Shown here: positions 49,101-57,093 of the stretch, one piece after another
How the letters are laid out: each line of letters begins with the position of its first letter
Numbering within the stretch: position 1 is the first letter of the stretch
IMG/VR virus record: IMGVR_UViG_3300030397_000312
Span: 1-57,093 of that record
DNA: 57,093 bases
Strand: one strand, 5' to 3'
DNA from: a virus
Taxonomy: Duplodnaviria > Caudoviricetes
Notes under the pieces: model-generated
What the model saw: only the letters and a program-made list of their open reading frames with translations
What the model was told of the DNA's origin: nothing
Database searches by the model: none
Translations under genes and position numbers: made by a program

Positions 49101-49319
49101 TTATTTACCCCAGCGATCTATCCAACCGGGATTTGGGTCATCATAATCCGCCTTACCTGATAATCGCGACTCTAATATCCTCACCTTACGTATAAGTTTT
49201 GTTTCTCTATTAAGAATATCCGTAATAGATCGCTCTAATTTAGCGATCTGATCTTCTAATTTGCGGATATCTCCCATCTGCGGCTCGTATGTTTGGAAAC
49301 TTCCACCTTCGATACCTAT
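49101..49319 (-). CDS. small coiled-coil protein (ATA at 49319 or ATG at 49277)
   Basis: IRKLEDQIAKLERSITDIL; frame open up to an ATA overlapping the upstream TAA. Confidence 0.5.
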   Translation of the reverse strand: MGIEGGSFQTYEPQMGDIRKLEDQIAKLERSITDILNRETKLIRKVRILESRLSGKADYDDPNPGWIDRWGK

Positions 49320-49609
49320 TAAATCACCTCTGATCCTTCTGGTTCGGGGTCTTCGACATCTTCTTCGTCCTCCATTGCGTACATATCGTATGCGAGTGAC
49401 GCATATTTAATTGCACCTGCGACTTTGAGTGGATTATCGCGGACTCCTGGCGTCCATGCGTAATACAGGTCTGTTTCTGCCTCTTCATTCGGCATTCCTA
49501 CCACGAAGAGCGCATCGAGTTCGTCATTCTGGTACATCTTCTCCAATGAGTCCAAGATTTGGCGAAACTGTTCCCTGTTCTGTTCCTTTAGGTCTGATTT
49601 CATTTGCAT
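49319..49609 (-). CDS. hypothetical acidic protein
   Basis: GGAGG SD before MQMKSD. Confidence 0.55.
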   Translation of the reverse strand: MQMKSDLKEQNREQFRQILDSLEKMYQNDELDALFVVGMPNEEAETDLYYAWTPGVRDNPLKVAGAIKYASLAYDMYAMEDEEDVEDPEPEGSEVI

Positions 49610-50948
49610 CTGCCTCCCATAGATTTGCGAATCGTGTAAATTCTTTCTTAAAATATAATGTTGCCATACCAGTCGCTCCATTTCGGTTTTTTGCGACAAT
49701 GACTTCCACTTGATTCGGGGTTTGCGACTCATCTGTGTAGTAATCATCCCGGTAGAGGAATAATACCATGTCCGCGTCCTGCTCGACGCTTCCCGATTCG
49801 CGGATATCTGCCAACATTGGGCGTTTATTTGGGCGATTATCAGTCCCCCTATTTAATTGCGTTAACGCAATGACGGGAATCTTTAGTTCTCGTGCGATTT
49901 GCTTTAACCCGGCGGAGATTTCAGACACTTCATTCACGCGATTATCCCGATATCTGCCTGATCCTTGCATAAGTTGCAAATAATCGACAAAGAGAAGGGA
50001 AATATCATGGTCTGTATACATTCGCCGAGCACGCGCCGTCACGTCAGTAATGGATAACGCAGGCGAATCGTCGATATATATCTTCGCTTCCTGTAAAGCA
50101 CCGGACCATTTCGCATATTTGCGAATTTGCTCGTCATTTAACCCCCATTGACTTTTCTTCTGCCTAAAGTTATTAGTATTTAACAAAGCAGCAGAGCCAA
50201 CCATGCGATCATGGAGTTGTTCGGCGGACATTTCTAGGGAAAACATCCCAGCCGCGTAGCCGCCATCCACACAAAACCCATGCATTAAGTTGAGTCCGAA
50301 CGCAGTCTTACCCATACTTGGTCGCGCACCCACGATCACAAGGTCGCCGGGGGCAAATCCAGTGAGAATCTTGTTTAAATCTTCAAACTGCGTCTGATAT
50401 AAGACATTATCTATCTCACCGTTCCATATCTTTTCCATGTACGGAAGGTGTTCTTCCGCGATTTCGGCCATAGAGCGGATAGTGCTAAAGGATTGCCGTT
50501 CGGTGGCAGCTTTCAGGTGGGCTTGTGTATCCGCGAGAAACTTGTTAAAGTCATCAGGTGGATTATCACAGTCGATTATAATACGCTGGGCGGCTCGTAT
50601 CATCTCGCGTAGTGTAGATTGTTCGCGGACAATCTTTGCATACTCAGGAGCCATGACAGGAGATGGCACCATCCCCTGTACGTCGGCAAGATACTCACCT
50701 GCCCCAACGTATCCCTTGGAAAAAGTGTCGTGATGTTTAACGATGTCGAAGATGGTGTCAAGGTGGACAACTCGTCGGACTTCGCGGAGATGAATGATTG
50801 CGTCAAATGCAGTACGGGCTTGCTCTGTATGGAAATCATCCCGCAAGACAGGAGGGTCTATGGTGTCTAATACGGTCGCGTCTTGCATTAAGCAACTGAT
50901 TAAACCACGTTCCGCATTCTCATCTACTGGTGGGACACCAACACTCAT
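49524..50948 (-). CDS. dnaB: replicative DNA helicase
   Basis: GARPSMGKT, FSLEM, VDYLQL, QLNR, DIRESGSVEQDAD, KNRNG. Confidence 0.95.
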   Translation of the reverse strand: MSVGVPPVDENAERGLISCLMQDATVLDTIDPPVLRDDFHTEQARTAFDAIIHLREVRRVVHLDTIFDIVKHHDTFSKGYVGAGEYLADVQGMVPSPVMAPEYAKIVREQSTLREMIRAAQRIIIDCDNPPDDFNKFLADTQAHLKAATERQSFSTIRSMAEIAEEHLPYMEKIWNGEIDNVLYQTQFEDLNKILTGFAPGDLVIVGARPSMGKTAFGLNLMHGFCVDGGYAAGMFSLEMSAEQLHDRMVGSAALLNTNNFRQKKSQWGLNDEQIRKYAKWSGALQEAKIYIDDSPALSITDVTARARRMYTDHDISLLFVDYLQLMQGSGRYRDNRVNEVSEISAGLKQIARELKIPVIALTQLNRGTDNRPNKRPMLADIRESGSVEQDADMVLFLYRDDYYTDESQTPNQVEVIVAKNRNGATGMATLYFKKEFTRFANLWEADANEIRPKGTEQGTVSPNLGLIGEDVPE

Positions 50949-51592
50949 ACAATCTCCTGTAGTTTAGCTGGATTTTCAATAATACGGGCGATTATATCAC
51001 ATATGGCTTCTGTTGACAAGGGGGGGTTCTCACGGACCCAGGTTACGAGACGTTTATGGGTGGTAAAATCCAGAGCCTTGTGTGCGATATTAAGCGCTTT
51101 CATGACTTGGAGGTTCGGTGGCTCTTTAGGAAGTAATTCCCTTTCTTTTTTAATTCTTTTATGTTTTATAGTAGAAGGTGAAGTTTCTTTACCTTCCCAA
51201 GGTACAGTTTCTTGACCATCCAATGGTAAAGTTCCTTCATGATCCATAGTTAAGTTTCTTGATCTTGCATTTTCATTGAACTTTTCGCAAAATGCTGGTA
51301 TGTCTAATTGATAACGCATGGTACGATCAAAACCCGGCTTTTGCATCTCCTTTAACAGCCCCATTGTTTTAAGTCTATTGCGAGCACGGCGTTGCTGGTA
51401 CTTAGATAAGCACCATTCTTGCTCGATCTCATCCATGCTTACTTCAAACCATTTACCTTTGTTATTATTTTGACAATAGATAAATTGTGTAAGCATCACC
51501 GCAACGGTAAAATCCCCAACCATGCGAACATATTCTGGACGTAATGCAATAATACGCCCCGTTAAATTACTGAAATTCTCAGGTGTTAACAT
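50945..51592 (-). CDS. replication initiator (lambda O-like, N-terminal wHTH)
   Basis: AVMLTQFIY...WF...LSKYQQRRARNRL; upstream of dnaB; internal repeats. Confidence 0.7.
   Translation of the reverse strand: MLTPENFSNLTGRIIALRPEYVRMVGDFTVAVMLTQFIYCQNNNKGKWFEVSMDEIEQEWCLSKYQQRRARNRLKTMGLLKEMQKPGFDRTMRYQLDIPAFCEKFNENARSRNLTMDHEGTLPLDGQETVPWEGKETSPSTIKHKRIKKERELLPKEPPNLQVMKALNIAHKALDFTTHKRLVTWVRENPPLSTEAICDIIARIIENPAKLQEIV
51141..51270. repeat. replication origin: four iterons plus an AT-rich tract
   Basis: AGTT(T/C)CTT cores at 51182, 51206, 51230, 51253; AT-rich 51141-51170. Confidence 0.7.
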
Positions 51593-51602
51593 TACTGCTC
51601 CT

Positions 51603-51812
51603 TTATGCAGTTAACTCAATAGGATCAATAGTATAGCCAGCCGCAAGGATACCCTCACGGACGGCTTCTATGCGGCCAGGCATAGCGATAATACCACGAT
51701 GCCCTTGTTTATGTTGGCAGTCAAAATGAGCCATGCTTCCATACCAAGTGATATGGTAGTGACATGGCTCGGCGAGGAGTTCTTTCTTAGTCTTCTTTTT
51801 GCTCGTTGGCAT
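51603..51812 (-). CDS. hypothetical protein
   Basis: 69 aa ORF. Confidence 0.5.
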   Translation of the reverse strand: MPTSKKKTKKELLAEPCHYHITWYGSMAHFDCQHKQGHRGIIAMPGRIEAVREGILAAGYTIDPIELTA

Positions 51813-52734
51813 TAGGCCACACCATCAATCCCATTGCGGGGTTATACCATGCGGGGTCTTTTTGCTTCTTCTCTCTCATAACTGGACACAGATTCACCAA
51901 CGGGGCGGTGAGTGTGGCACCATTCTGATACATCACGCCTGCGGCGGAACAGCCAGTCCGTTGTCCAACTTGCGGGTCTTTAATAGGAATACCGCACACT
52001 ACACAATCCTGCTTTCCTTCCACAGCCATCATACGCTGATTCTCACGGGTACGTGTCTGTTCAGCTCGCACTGGCCAACGATTCGAGTCAATACAATGCC
52101 GCAAGAGATCAATAACGAGTTCCCAATTCTCGTTATATTTGAGGCGTTTCTTGTTAATCTCCAGTATCTTCCTTCGATGTCCATCAAGAACAGTATTCAC
52201 AATCTCGTTAATAGAGGCCGTAAATCGGTCCTGCATGTCAGCAGTATCGCGATCAAGTCTTTCCTCTTGCCAACTGTCTTCGAGGTCCTGAGCGCGTTTT
52301 ACGAGCATTTCAGCGGTATCTGCACCGGACTCAGGGAGTTTAGGCACATCAGGCATTACTTCATGTTCTTGCGGGCTTTTGACTTCCGCCAGAGCCTCTG
52401 ATAATACAGGTGTTGGCTCAATAACATCCTTGATCGCCGCCTCGGCCTCTTTCAATACATCTTCTGGAGACATTGGCTCAAAGTCATTGACTGGACGCGG
52501 CGCATCTCCAACATCCTGCTGGAGTGCTCGCATGACATCATCGCCTGCTTCTGGTCGCAGTCCTGGGTCATGCGCACCAAAGTTTACACTTGATCCTGCG
52601 AGTGCTTGCGCAGCATCGTTTGGATTCGTCTGTGGGGTTGACGGTGGTTCCTGGTACGCGCCTGGAGCCGGTGCTATCGGCTCGCTTGGAACGGATACAG
52701 TAGGGTTACTCGTCTGTCGGGGTTTTCGTGCCAT
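51787..52734 (-). CDS. hypothetical protein (disordered N-terminus, C-terminal CxxC)
   Basis: AAGGAG SD before MARKPR. Confidence 0.6.
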   Translation of the reverse strand: MARKPRQTSNPTVSVPSEPIAPAPGAYQEPPSTPQTNPNDAAQALAGSSVNFGAHDPGLRPEAGDDVMRALQQDVGDAPRPVNDFEPMSPEDVLKEAEAAIKDVIEPTPVLSEALAEVKSPQEHEVMPDVPKLPESGADTAEMLVKRAQDLEDSWQEERLDRDTADMQDRFTASINEIVNTVLDGHRRKILEINKKRLKYNENWELVIDLLRHCIDSNRWPVRAEQTRTRENQRMMAVEGKQDCVVCGIPIKDPQVGQRTGCSAAGVMYQNGATLTAPLVNLCPVMREKKQKDPAWYNPAMGLMVWPNANEQKED

Positions 52735-52745
52735 TGTTTTTCTCC

Positions 52746-54563
52746 TTATCTCATCCAATCACGATCTGGCGTGGTATTTCCTGGTCGCCAGTCATCGTAA
52801 AATACATCTTCTTTATCGCGTTTAGGTTTACTGTCATCTGGCATATCCATCGCGGACAAATCATGGCGTGCGATTTTGCGCCACATTGCCATACATGCGA
52901 TAAGCCAAGCCATTACTAAGTCGTCACGTCCTCCTTCTGCCGCACCATATCGACCATCTCCAAAGTCATTAAATACCATAAGTTGACTCAGAAGTCCATG
53001 CGACCTGATCAGTACGTCTAAATCAGGCATCGGACGGATAATGGATCGTGCATGACCGACCAAGAGAGATTTCGTCTCTAGGGTCGTTTGCCATCCAAGC
53101 TGCATGGTGCGTGTTTGCTGACGTTGATTGAACTTCTCCCACACATAAAGATTTCCACTCGGGTAAATCTCTTCGAGTTCGGAGTTGGTTAAAACACCAG
53201 CATTGTTAATTTCAACCGCGATCAATGCATGGTTAAAATATGTCCCAATTTTGCTCACGATATGCGCGAGTTCCTTGGGGTCAATTTTATCACTTGACCA
53301 TTCCGCAACTTGCTGATATCCTGGATGTTTGAGCACTTCAACCACTGATTCCGATTGCCCTGCACCTAAGCTCACATCTACGCCAATAGCATAGTACGTA
53401 TCATCTTTTGGCTCTTCCCAAATCTTCAGTGGCGCATCTTGGCCTTGATAAAAGCCACTCCGATCTACCGTGAAGGTTTTGAGCGGTTCTTCAACATCTT
53501 TGCGACACTCCAGAAGAGCATCCTCATCAAATGCGCAGAAACCTGTACCAGAGAATGCCTCATGTTCATTGCTCGGATACATGGCTCGCATAACCTTATC
53601 GCCACGTCCTGGGTGGAGCGTCTCGATATTCCTCCGTTTGTAATGATACCACGTTAACTCCTCGTCTGTCAAGAGGTATTCCTCCTGCAAGTCGAGTAAG
53701 TCTTCAGGAAATGTCAGATAGGATGGTTTCGGTTGGCGGTATTCATTATGGAGAAACCACGGGAGGAAGATTGCCTCAAATTCACTATCCCCTGCGATAG
53801 CTTCCGTATAGTAGTGATGAAAATGGTCGTTTGCATAGTTTGCAACAGACTCAATAATCATCATTGTCCCGGCGCTATCCATACCAGACGGCATCGCCTC
53901 ATTCAATCCCTCCATGACCTGCTCCATGTTCGATTCTGGCCAACGGGCCAGCTCAGAGAGAACTAAGACTTGGAGTGTTCGTCCGTGACCGGAGCCTTTA
54001 TCACCAGCAGTCGCCGTTGTAAGACTCGAATTGATCCCTGCTCCTTTTTCCTCTTCGGAGACGTTACGCTTGGTGCGACCGAAGATAAGTTCGGACTGCG
54101 TGCGGTTTTGGATTGCGGGCTTAAATTCGGCAGGGAGATAGTCATAGAATCTATCAGCCATACCAAACAAATGCTTAGTGGCTTCTTCCTTGTGTGCGAT
54201 AACCATTGCGTTTCGCCCAACAGAATTGACAATACGCCAAAATGCGAAGGCCATAGCGATTGTTGACATCCCTGCTTGACGATATTTAAGAATAACTTCT
54301 CGTATTGCTTCGCCATTCTTGAGCTTCTTCTGCCAGCCGTCGCCAATACGAACGGTACGATATCGTGAACTCGTATCAAAGTCTGGCAGACGTTCCTTTC
54401 CGTACCAGAGTAGCTCCTGCATACTGTTCAGCTTCAGAGGAAGTAAGTTGCCTTTTTTCGGGACGATACGTAAGAGCTTCTCCGCGTAATAGGGAAAGTC
54501 CCGTAAAGCGCGGTCAATATCAATAGGTTCTCCTGTTTCCCTATGCTTGATATATCTTGCCAC
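52746..54563 (-). CDS. terL: terminase large subunit
   Basis: ILKYRQAGMST, LVLSELARW, IIESVAN, IGVDVS, DDLVMA. Confidence 0.9.
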   Translation of the reverse strand: MARYIKHRETGEPIDIDRALRDFPYYAEKLLRIVPKKGNLLPLKLNSMQELLWYGKERLPDFDTSSRYRTVRIGDGWQKKLKNGEAIREVILKYRQAGMSTIAMAFAFWRIVNSVGRNAMVIAHKEEATKHLFGMADRFYDYLPAEFKPAIQNRTQSELIFGRTKRNVSEEEKGAGINSSLTTATAGDKGSGHGRTLQVLVLSELARWPESNMEQVMEGLNEAMPSGMDSAGTMMIIESVANYANDHFHHYYTEAIAGDSEFEAIFLPWFLHNEYRQPKPSYLTFPEDLLDLQEEYLLTDEELTWYHYKRRNIETLHPGRGDKVMRAMYPSNEHEAFSGTGFCAFDEDALLECRKDVEEPLKTFTVDRSGFYQGQDAPLKIWEEPKDDTYYAIGVDVSLGAGQSESVVEVLKHPGYQQVAEWSSDKIDPKELAHIVSKIGTYFNHALIAVEINNAGVLTNSELEEIYPSGNLYVWEKFNQRQQTRTMQLGWQTTLETKSLLVGHARSIIRPMPDLDVLIRSHGLLSQLMVFNDFGDGRYGAAEGGRDDLVMAWLIACMAMWRKIARHDLSAMDMPDDSKPKRDKEDVFYDDWRPGNTTPDRDWMR

Positions 54564-54867
54564 TCACTAATCCTTTATACGTGATGATCTTTTCGCCGTC
54601 ACATTCTGGCGTCACCTCTTCCGCAGTTAACGCGGATAGAATGAACCAAGTTTTCATATCAGATAACATGAGACGGCCTTCTTCATCGCCATTATCATTA
54701 ATATCTTTCTGTATCGCAAGCGTATTGCCTGACATGCCCCAAGAATCACACTCAATGAACTCCTCGCGCATACGGGTCTTCTGGAAAGCGTAGACTTTCC
54801 CGTCTTCCGTCACATCATGGTCAGGTAATCTCTCGAACGGTTCTCGATATACTACTCGTACTATCAT
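54541..54867 (-). CDS. hypothetical protein
   Basis: 108 aa with AGGAG SD. Confidence 0.55.
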   Translation of the reverse strand: MIVRVVYREPFERLPDHDVTEDGKVYAFQKTRMREEFIECDSWGMSGNTLAIQKDINDNGDEEGRLMLSDMKTWFILSALTAEEVTPECDGEKIITYKGLVSGKIYQA

Positions 54868-54869
54868 AT

Positions 54870-55463
54870 CTACTCCTTTTTAGGTAGTTTTGGTTCTTCT
54901 ACTATTGCTTCATACGTGCCATCGTCTTCTTGCTCTGCGCTAATCACGTGCTCATCCCAGCTAAAGACAACATCATTCTTGACGGCAACCTTCTGCGTGC
55001 CTGTCATTTTCACCATGAGATTTAAGGCTCGATCAGCAGAGTCAGGTGTATGTTCATCCCAGGTTTCTTCTGCTCGCGCTTCAAGGAGCTTAAATGTCTG
55101 CATTTCTGCAATATCTCGCGGATCAAACTGTCGTTTCCGGTCCCATCGTTTCTCGTAAATATGCTGCGAAATCTCACGCTTCGGGAGCTTAAAGACCTTG
55201 GAGAGGGCAAATGCATCTAAGCCTCCACAATACAGATCACGCATGTGGCGCAACTGGTAGAGCTTCTCTCCATACTCTTCACACACGCCGCAATGCTTCG
55301 CGGGTGCGCAAGTCGTTAATCCCCATTCTCCCTTAAACTCCTCCAATTCTCTATTATCGAGCGGAGCAGGAACATCCTTATTCGTCTCTTGGGGGATTGA
55401 TTCCGGCTTGGGCGAGGACGGCTTCAAAGCTTGTTTCTTGGGGGTATGAGCCTGTATTCGCAT
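54870..55463 (-). CDS. possible terminase small subunit
   Basis: HTH-like LSKVFKLPKREISQHIYEKRW; ALNLMVKMTG then a beta tail; near terL. Confidence 0.45.
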   Translation of the reverse strand: MRIQAHTPKKQALKPSSPKPESIPQETNKDVPAPLDNRELEEFKGEWGLTTCAPAKHCGVCEEYGEKLYQLRHMRDLYCGGLDAFALSKVFKLPKREISQHIYEKRWDRKRQFDPRDIAEMQTFKLLEARAEETWDEHTPDSADRALNLMVKMTGTQKVAVKNDVVFSWDEHVISAEQEDDGTYEAIVEEPKLPKKE

Positions 55464-55695
55464 CGGTTCGCTCCTGTTCATAACGGTCTTCGTCTGACAT
55501 ATAGACGATACCCGTTTCCTTGGACCAATCCTTATCCTCTTCCCGGAATTGGGCCATGAAGAACTTGTCGTGCATCTTCGCAATCTTCATCAGCCACCAG
55601 ACGGTCCATCCTTGTACAAATACTGAGGTCGCGCCAACACTAATCAGCAGGACCAGTAGTATCAGGTTGATAATGTCCATAAAAATCTTCTCCAT
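55378..55695 (-). CDS. membrane protein (holin candidate)
   Basis: Long hydrophobic N-terminus, charged tail. Confidence 0.45.
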   Translation of the reverse strand: MEKIFMDIINLILLVLLISVGATSVFVQGWTVWWLMKIAKMHDKFFMAQFREEDKDWSKETGIVYMSDEDRYEQERTDANTGSYPQETSFEAVLAQAGINPPRDE

Positions 55696-55933
55696 TTTCG
55701 AGTTTCATTCCGCGTATCTTCTTCGCGAACGCGAGGCGGTTCTCATGCGTGCGTATGTCACTAATGCCATATTGCAAGACACTCGCGATAATGGGAAAGT
55801 GATATCTGCCACGTTTATTCGCCTGGATATGGTTGTTTTGAATTGCCTGCCATACCGCTTGTCGCGTAACATTCAGCAAATCAGACGCTTCGGCTATTGA
55901 CATGTCTGGCTGAATATGATATGATTGGGCCAT
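55640..55933 (-). CDS. excisionase-like helix-turn-helix DNA-binding protein
   Basis: MSIAEASDLLNVTRQAVWQAIQNNHIQANKRG. Confidence 0.8.
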   Translation of the reverse strand: MAQSYHIQPDMSIAEASDLLNVTRQAVWQAIQNNHIQANKRGRYHFPIIASVLQYGISDIRTHENRLAFAKKIRGMKLENGEDFYGHYQPDTTGPAD

Positions 55934-55958
55934 GCTTTACTCCTTTCAGTATCAGACT

Positions 55959-55994
55959 ATTATACCATTATCACTTTACACCAGTCAAGGAAAT
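55959..55994 (-). promoter_or_regulatory. conserved phage promoter at the divergence point
   Basis: ATTTCC-TTGACT-N18-TATAAT. Confidence 0.7.
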
Positions 55995-56001
55995 ATCAAG
56001 T

Positions 56002-56490
56002 ATGGCAAGAAAAAACTCAAAAGAATCATCGGGTTTCGGGATTTTCGCAGTTGACGCGAGACTCTTTACAACCCTATCAGAATTTAATACTAAACCATTC
56101 GGAGCTGCGCAGAGATTTCATCTCGCGTTAATACAAAATGCCGTTGAAACAATTTATATCTATTTGGATAAAAAACGTCGAGGGATCGACCCGTCGCGAA
56201 GCCATGAAGAAATCACTAAAGAAGATGTGGATCGTGCTATTAGCTGGATTGATGGATGCGAAGATGTTGATGAAGAGTACTACTACACCCATCAGAAACA
56301 TATTCTTCGGCATCCTGATGATCCCGTTCCTAATCACTGTTATATTTCTCGTCCTGGTTTTATTTCTTTTGACAGTTGTTGTGAAGCTACTTTTCTGGAA
56401 CCATCCTATTTTCGCGAAAGACTTAGAGAAGAACTCAGAGAATTCGTCAGAAAATATCCATACGTCCTAGAAAGGAAAGATAATGAGTGA
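56002..56490 (+). CDS. hypothetical protein
   Basis: Start MARKNS; divergent from the HTH gene. Confidence 0.6.
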   Translation: MARKNSKESSGFGIFAVDARLFTTLSEFNTKPFGAAQRFHLALIQNAVETIYIYLDKKRRGIDPSRSHEEITKEDVDRAISWIDGCEDVDEEYYYTHQKHILRHPDDPVPNHCYISRPGFISFDSCCEATFLEPSYFRERLREELREFVRKYPYVLERKDNE

Positions 56491-56656
56491 CCGAACGATA
56501 GATAGATTAAGTGAGTACATGGAAGCAGTGAGAGAAATCGAAAAAATTCTCTATTATTATCGCGGCGAAATCGACTACGGGAGTATTTATTATGATCCGA
56601 CTTATCATATAGAATTAGTCAATAAAATACTAGACTCCCTAGACAGAGATAAGTAA
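56483..56656 (+). CDS. 57-aa hypothetical protein
   Basis: MSDRTIDRLSEY...; AAGGA SD; manual translation. Confidence 0.5.
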   Translation: MSDRTIDRLSEYMEAVREIEKILYYYRGEIDYGSIYYDPTYHIELVNKILDSLDRDK

Positions 56657-56668
56657 ATATGATATAAT
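56640..56668 (+). promoter_or_regulatory. sigma70-type promoter
   Basis: TAGACA-N17-TATAAT, 9 nt before ATG. Confidence 0.55.
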
Positions 56669-56677
56669 AGGTAACTT

Positions 56678-57076
56678 ATGAGTCGAATTACGCGAATGGC
56701 CTTTCTCTCCGACCTCCATTATCCCTTCATCGACAAGCCTGCTGAAGCACTCGCACGACGAATAGTAGAAGCCGCAGATGTGGACTTACTCTATTTTGGT
56801 GGCGATATCTTTGATGCGCATGAGCTAAGTCGATTCCGATCAGACCCGAATGATCGGCTAGGATTACGAGAGTCGTTAAAAGTAACGCGACGCGCACTCA
56901 AGAAGTGGCGCGAATTAGTCCCCAATGCCAAGTGTAAATACAGGATTGGGAATCATGAGGTACGACTGAGGAACTACCTTATTGACAAAGCACCCGAACT
57001 CATGTATCTTGATGATCTCAACATCAAGAGCCTCCTCCGCCTCAAGGATTATGAGATTGATCTAGTAGAAAAGTGA
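56678..57076 (+). CDS. calcineurin-like metallophosphoesterase (apparently truncated)
   Basis: SDLH, GGDIFD and GNHE motifs; later HG and GHxH motifs absent. Confidence 0.8.
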   Translation: MSRITRMAFLSDLHYPFIDKPAEALARRIVEAADVDLLYFGGDIFDAHELSRFRSDPNDRLGLRESLKVTRRALKKWRELVPNAKCKYRIGNHEVRLRNYLIDKAPELMYLDDLNIKSLLRLKDYEIDLVEK

Positions 57077-57093
57077 GATCGTGACTGGGAAAC

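Noticed and set aside
25441-49319. Deaminase-type G-to-A hypermutation (TGA, TAG, ATA)
   Set aside because: Only three candidate sites with inconsistent context, and no reference allele to compare.
7561-55900. Many plus-strand ORFs in the track
   Set aside because: They are shadows of minus-strand genes, with no SD or recognisable motifs.
1-57093. CRISPR array, tRNA, integrase, reverse transcriptase/DGR
   Set aside because: No regular repeat-spacer pattern, cloverleaf or diagnostic motifs were seen by eye.

Overview
This window is a partial (both ends cut) genome of a short-tailed, podovirus-type dsDNA phage, probably of a diderm host since it encodes lipoproteins and spanin-like genes. Nearly all genes lie on the minus strand. 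From right to left: HTH regulator, terminase, a lambda-O-like initiator with an internal iteron origin plus DnaB, P22-like portal, scaffold, major capsid and decoration proteins, two glycosyltransferases, basic micro-proteins, fibres, spanin-like genes, three paralogous tail-ring proteins, nozzle, an S74-chaperone tail fibre, about 16 kb of ejection/internal proteins, GH24 lysozyme, and a recombination/nucleotide module (exonuclease, Bet, RecA-like, DUF550, resolvase, macrodomain, SSB). The most unusual signals are these. (1) Three of five HNH endonuclease genes sit in the termini of tail genes and are flanked by a recoded duplicate of the disrupted terminus; one is also bridged by an antisense ORF. 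(2) A tail fibre and a Cys-rich beta-helix protein carry Sec-type signal peptides. (3) Glycosyltransferases lie next to the capsid genes. (4) A conserved TTTTCC-extended sigma70 promoter precedes disordered and basic proteins. (5) ATC/ATA codons occupy start-codon positions. All calls come from reading motifs by eye; no database searches were run.
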